Shown here piece after piece: positions 60,131 to 64,000 of a stretch of 64,000 nt of DNA. Each line of letters opens with the position of its first letter. The first letter of the stretch is position 1. The notes beneath the pieces are model-generated. The model saw only the letters and a program-made list of their open reading frames with translations. It made no database searches and was not told the DNA's origin. The stretch spans positions 96,001-160,000 of the forward strand of contig JBOEGF010000023.1 of the NCBI GenBank assembly GCA_050633305.1, given 5' to 3'. The translations under genes and the position numbers were made by a program. The DNA comes from Nannocystales bacterium. Lineage in GTDB: Bacteria; Myxococcota_A; Polyangia; Nannocystales; Nannocystaceae.

Positions 60131-60864
60131 TTGGCGTCACACCCGTAGAACGAGACATCGTCGATCCAGATGTCGAACTCGGTCTGCGCCGCGTTGAACT
60201 GAAACTGGACCCCATAGATCGCGGCGCTGTCGATGCTGCCCGGCCGCGGCGCCCCCCATCCGGGCATCTGCTTCATCGAGTCGAACGGCACGACGAACTG
60301 CTGCCAGTGCTCTTCGAGTTCGACCGCCTTGCCGAAGTCGTTGAAGCACTCTGTGCACTGACCACCCTCGGCGTCGGTCGAGACGTCGGGGATCTTGACG
60401 CGAAGCGACGCACCACTGTTCGCGCTCCTGCGGGCGAAGAACGTGATGCCCTCGTAGGCGCTTGCGTCGTAGGGCGCCTTTGGGTCGACGAAGTTGAGTC
60501 CGTAGCCGGCGAAGACGATTGTCCCGGCGGCTGTCTTTCCCTGGAACCTCGCGGCGTGGAGCGACCCGTTCGCCCCTCCCACGGCCTGGGAGAAGGTTCC
60601 GCCGAGTCGTCCTGCGACCGGCTCGACCGTGGAACCCGCTTCGTCGAGGAAGGTGTAGACGTATCCTCCGCGCCCGCCGTGTTCGAGCAAACGGTGGTCG
60701 TTGTCCTCGCTATCCTCGATGACCGCGGATCGGTCGCAACCGCCGAGGTCCATGCGAGAGACCGCGGGAGCCGGCTCGGACGTTCCGCCCGAAGAGGCCG
60801 AACACGAGGCCAGAGCCACAACGAGGACCAAGGGGGTGATGCGGGAACTCATCTCGACTTGCAT
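60127..60864 (-). CDS. Lipoprotein with CBM11/CIA30-like domain (paralog of 46803-47684)
   Basis: Lipobox ALASC, IEDSED..GGYVYTFLD, PYDASAYEGITFFAR, WQQF, QFQ, IWIDDVSFY. Start could be 60870, 60864 or 60852. Confidence 0.82.
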   Translation of the reverse strand: MQVEMSSRITPLVLVVALASCSASSGGTSEPAPAVSRMDLGGCDRSAVIEDSEDNDHRLLEHGGRGGYVYTFLDEAGSTVEPVAGRLGGTFSQAVGGANGSLHAARFQGKTAAGTIVFAGYGLNFVDPKAPYDASAYEGITFFARRSANSGASLRVKIPDVSTDAEGGQCTECFNDFGKAVELEEHWQQFVVPFDSMKQMPGWGAPRPGSIDSAAIYGVQFQFNAAQTEFDIWIDDVSFYGCDAK

Positions 60865-60879
60865 CGACACACTCTTCGA

Positions 60880-61461
60880 CTAGAAATCGACGCAGTAGCC
60901 GAACATCGCCACTGCGCCGGGTGCTAGGGCGGCGTTGAAGTCGACCCCGGAGAAGGTCGCCAGGCCGTCGACGACATCTTCGACCACGACGTTCCAGGAC
61001 TGGTTGAGCACACCGCCGATGTCGAGATCGATCACCCACGTAATCGACATCTCCGAAACGTTCGTGACGATGACGTCGTTGCACTCCCCGGTCTCCCACG
61101 CGGTCTGCTGCATCACCTGAACCTCGAGCAAGCCGTCGTTGCTGGTCTCGAAACTGCCCGAGCTCGAGCCTCCGACCTCCGAACTTCCGGTCCCTCCGGT
61201 GCTCGTCGAGCTCTCTTCGCTCGGTGCCGAAGAGGAGGAGGTCGTGGTGGTTGTGCTCGCCGTCGTCGACGTCGTCGTGGTCGTCGTGGTCGTCGACGTG
61301 GTGCTCGCGCTCGAGGTCGATCCGGTTCCCTCCACAGGAAGTTCCGCGGTGTCCGAGTTGCTCCCGAACACGGACGGCCCATCGGTCCGAGGTGCTCCAA
61401 CGCACCCGGGCAGCGAGACCGCCATGCAGGGGAGCGCGAGCCAGATCGAGATGCGCCGCAT
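60880..61461 (-). CDS. CBM2 lipoprotein with Thr/Ser-rich linker, no catalytic domain
   Basis: Lipobox SLPGC, poly-Thr linker, AWETG...VTN...W...QSWN...FNAALAPG...FGYC. Confidence 0.85.
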   Translation of the reverse strand: MRRISIWLALPCMAVSLPGCVGAPRTDGPSVFGSNSDTAELPVEGTGSTSSASTTSTTTTTTTTSTTASTTTTTSSSSAPSEESSTSTGGTGSSEVGGSSSGSFETSNDGLLEVQVMQQTAWETGECNDVIVTNVSEMSITWVIDLDIGGVLNQSWNVVVEDVVDGLATFSGVDFNAALAPGAVAMFGYCVDF

Positions 61462-61478
61462 GACGAGAGAGTTCAGAA

Positions 61479-61493
61479 GCACGCGCCGTGCCA
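61479..61493 (-). promoter_or_regulatory. Sigma54 -24/-12 promoter for the CBM2-CBM11-GH9-porin operon
   Basis: Minus strand TGGCACGGCGCGTGC(T) versus consensus TGGCACG-N4-TTGC; predicted start site a few nt before ATG 61461. Confidence 0.7.
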
Positions 61494-61784
61494 TGACGGA
61501 ACAACCCGAGGTTCGTGTCGTTGGCGCACAGACCGGATCGCAGGCTTCCCGGAACCGGAAGCGTCCGTTCCCTTGCCGGAGCCGACCGAACCCGCTCGAC
61601 CGCCGGAAGGATCGTTTCCGCTTTCGGTTCGACGACCCACGCCGGGGCTCGACGGACGTCTTCGGCGCGGGCGACTCCGACGCCGGACTGGACCGCCCTT
61701 TGCACTGAAGCCAACCGAAATGGACTCTCGAGCGGTGCAACTCTGTCCGACCCGCGACTGTGCGCAGGTGCGAGCGACAGCCCG

Positions 61785-62282
61785 ATGATCATCGTGGTCG
61801 TCGGGGTTTGCGGCTCTGGAAAGAGCACGCTGGGGAGGGCGCTCGCGCGGCGTCTTGCAGCGCGATTCCACGATACGGACCACCGACGGCCGGCTGGAGG
61901 GTCTGTGTCCGAATGGCTCGGACCGGTGGCAGACGTCCTTCAAGCCCCAGGGCCTCGCGAGCACCTGGTCGTCGCCTGCAGGGCCCTGCGCCAGGAACAA
62001 CGCGATACCCTCCGCCGAGCGTGCGGTCAGCTTCGCCTCGTCTTCGTCCACCCCTCGTCGCTCACGCTGGCGGAGCGGTACGATGTGCGCCGGCTCCAAA
62101 CCATGGGGCGGGTCCCTTTGCTCGCCGCGCAGTTGCGGGACCTCGAACCCCCCAGCCCCCGAGAGGGCGCGCTGTTTGTCGACAACGAGGGGCCGGTCGA
62201 AACGGTTGCGGACCGGGTCGTGGCGTCTTTGATGCTCGATGCCTCCGCGTCGCTCGACCTCCAGCGCCGCACGGACTCGTGA
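61785..62282 (+). CDS. Gluconokinase-like P-loop kinase (divergent)
   Basis: MIIVVVGVCGSGKST, VVACRALR...RDTLR, LLAAQLRDLEPP. The segment after the first Asp motif looks shorter than in typical GntK. Confidence 0.7.
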   Translation: MIIVVVGVCGSGKSTLGRALARRLAARFHDTDHRRPAGGSVSEWLGPVADVLQAPGPREHLVVACRALRQEQRDTLRRACGQLRLVFVHPSSLTLAERYDVRRLQTMGRVPLLAAQLRDLEPPSPREGALFVDNEGPVETVADRVVASLMLDASASLDLQRRTDS

Positions 62283-62328
62283 CCCCCGCCCTCTTGCACC
62301 GCTCTCCTCCCTTCGCCCAGGAGGCCTC

Positions 62329-63408
62329 ATGTTGACGGCGACTGCCGTGGGCGCTTGCCTCTGCGCGCTGTTGGTCGTGCAGCCACCCGAGCCGGCGGCT
62401 CCCCGACCGACCCGCGTCGAGCTCGGCCTCGCCGCCGAAGACGAGCTGTTGAACGATCAGGACGTGGAGCTGACGCTCGCAGCCCATCTCGCCGACGCCG
62501 AGCTCCACGCCCATGTCGACGCCCTGGGCCCCGGCGATCTGTTGGACCGCATCGCATGGGCCGAGGCCAACGTGGACGCCGACGTTCTGGCCGTATTCTT
62601 TACGGAGCGCGTCGACGATGGCGGGCGCCGCCTGTATCTGCTGGAGCCGCAGAGCGGCGGGCTGTGGGTCCGGGAACTACCCCGCACCGCCGATGACGAC
62701 CTGCTCCTCGAGACCCTGGGCGCGATGGTGCGCGGAATCTCGACGGCGCTGCATGAGGGGCCGCCGCGCGGCATGACTGAGGTCGCGCGTCCCGACCAGA
62801 TCCAGCCCGACTCCGACTCCGACTCCGAGCCGGTTGCTCCCGTCCAGCCTGCGCCGGATCCCGAGCCGGTTGCTCCGCCGCCCCGGACGCTCGTGACGGT
62901 CACCGGGGCGTACCTCGGCAGCATGTTCGCCCGGACGCACCCCTGGCAAAGCGGAGGCGCACTCGGGGTGAACGTGGAGCTGCCGGCCCACGCTGTCCTT
63001 GGCATTCGGGTCGGGGTGTTTGCCCCGGCTCGGGTCGGGGGCCCACCGGACCTCGATATGTGGAGAATCCCGGTTCGGCTGCACGGGGCGTATCGATTCC
63101 TGACCCGCTCGGACGTTCGCCCCGAAATCGGCTTGGGCATGGTGGTGGGCACGCTCACCTGGCGCGGCGCGAAGGCTCAGGCCGGGTCAAACGCGCAGCC
63201 GGGGCAGGCGGTGCGAATCGCGCTCTCTCCGCAGGCTGGGATCCAGTGGAGAGTCGTGGGCGGGCTCGGGGTTCACCTCAACACGATGCTGGACGTGTGG
63301 CTGTCCAACGCGGACCTCGTTGTCGAAGATGGTTCGGCGCGCCGTTCGCAGCTCCGCCCGTACGCGGTCACCGTGGCGCTCGAGGCGGGCCTCCAATACA
63401 CATTTTAG
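62329..63408 (+). CDS. Exported protein: N-terminal domain + Pro linker + putative OM beta-barrel
   Basis: AGGAGG RBS, signal peptide, PVAPVQPAPDPEP linker, C-terminal GLQYTF; directly upstream of an ECF sigma gene. Confidence 0.75.
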   Translation: MLTATAVGACLCALLVVQPPEPAAPRPTRVELGLAAEDELLNDQDVELTLAAHLADAELHAHVDALGPGDLLDRIAWAEANVDADVLAVFFTERVDDGGRRLYLLEPQSGGLWVRELPRTADDDLLLETLGAMVRGISTALHEGPPRGMTEVARPDQIQPDSDSDSEPVAPVQPAPDPEPVAPPPRTLVTVTGAYLGSMFARTHPWQSGGALGVNVELPAHAVLGIRVGVFAPARVGGPPDLDMWRIPVRLHGAYRFLTRSDVRPEIGLGMVVGTLTWRGAKAQAGSNAQPGQAVRIALSPQAGIQWRVVGGLGVHLNTMLDVWLSNADLVVEDGSARRSQLRPYAVTVALEAGLQYTF

Positions 63409-63547
63409 GCCAGCGGAGCGGCTAAGATGGACCACGCGCGGACGGGTCCGGCCATGCTCTCGAATTTTGTCATCCATTTTGCCCTGTTCGGATCCTCTGG
63501 ACCGGCAGATGACGCTCGCGCACGCAGCTCTGACGTGGGATTGGCCG

Positions 63548-64000
63548 ATGGCTGAACCCGTCAATGTGCACGCGATCGATCTCGCGCTCGCCGAAGCCGC
63601 GGCTCGCAAGGAACCCGAAGCGTCCCGTGTCCTCGCCGCCCGTGCCTTGCGGCTGGTGCGGCCGATCGTTCGCTCGATTTGCTCGGACCGGTCCGAGCAA
63701 GACGATGCGCTTCAGCTCGCGCTCATGGAGGTGCTGCGGGCGACCGGGAGTTACCGCGGAACAGGTTCCCTCGACGGTTGGATCCGACGCATCTCAACCC
63801 GCGCTGTGATGCGTGACGCGAAGAAGAACCGGACGTCACGGATGCGCGTCGAGAGCACGGACACTCCGTACAGTCGCGAGGGTGTTTCGATGAACCTGAC
63901 GATGCTCGAGACGCTCCCGCGTCCCCTCGAGTTCTACCTGGGCGCGCTTCCTGAGGCCCAACGGGTCGCACTGGTTCTGCGACATGCAGTCGGACACAGC
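63548..64000 (+). CDS. ECF sigma-70 factor (3' end outside the window; not in the ORF track)
   Basis: My translation: MAEPVNVHAIDLALA...QDDALQLALMEVLRATGSYRGTGSLDGWIRRI...LPEAQRVALVLRHAVGHS. Confidence 0.88.
   Translation, partial: MAEPVNVHAIDLALAEAAARKEPEASRVLAARALRLVRPIVRSICSDRSEQDDALQLALMEVLRATGSYRGTGSLDGWIRRISTRAVMRDAKKNRTSRMRVESTDTPYSREGVSMNLTMLETLPRPLEFYLGALPEAQRVALVLRHAVGHS

Overview
A ~67% GC bacterial window whose gene content points to a myxobacterium, probably Nannocystaceae-like (inference from MYXO-CTERM tails, many Cys-rich lipoproteins, ECF/anti-sigma cassettes and DUF2330/DUF2378-like genes). About 55 genes are supported. I saw no rRNA, tRNA, CRISPR array or transposase. Main content: (1) A recurring cassette of 'N-terminal domain + Pro linker + small OM beta-barrel' -> ECF sigma -> TM/TPR anti-sigma -> cargo lipoprotein. 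It occurs twice complete (4-7.4 kb with sigma fused to anti-sigma; 8.9-12.3 kb split) and once partially at the right edge, and looks like TonB-independent cell-surface signalling. A 41-nt repeated promoter-like motif precedes both the sigma and the cargo gene of the first cassette. (2) An ECF sigma/anti-sigma/CHAT protease operon facing a subtilase, with a trypsin-like protease next to it. The operon and the subtilase share a TGTCTCCG-N15-CCAA motif. (3) A complete cellulose/cellodextrin locus (46.8-62.3 kb): CBM4-Ig-GH9, three CBM-only lipoproteins, a LamB-like porin, a family-5 ABC importer, GH1, a sensor-less sigma54 activator with sigma54 promoter matches, flanked by a PPi-type PFK and a gluconokinase-like gene. 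(4) A dispersed non-coding repeat family, two pseudogenes, and many TANNNT hexamers 7-9 nt before start codons, suggesting leaderless mRNAs. All calls come from reading motifs by eye; no database search was run.
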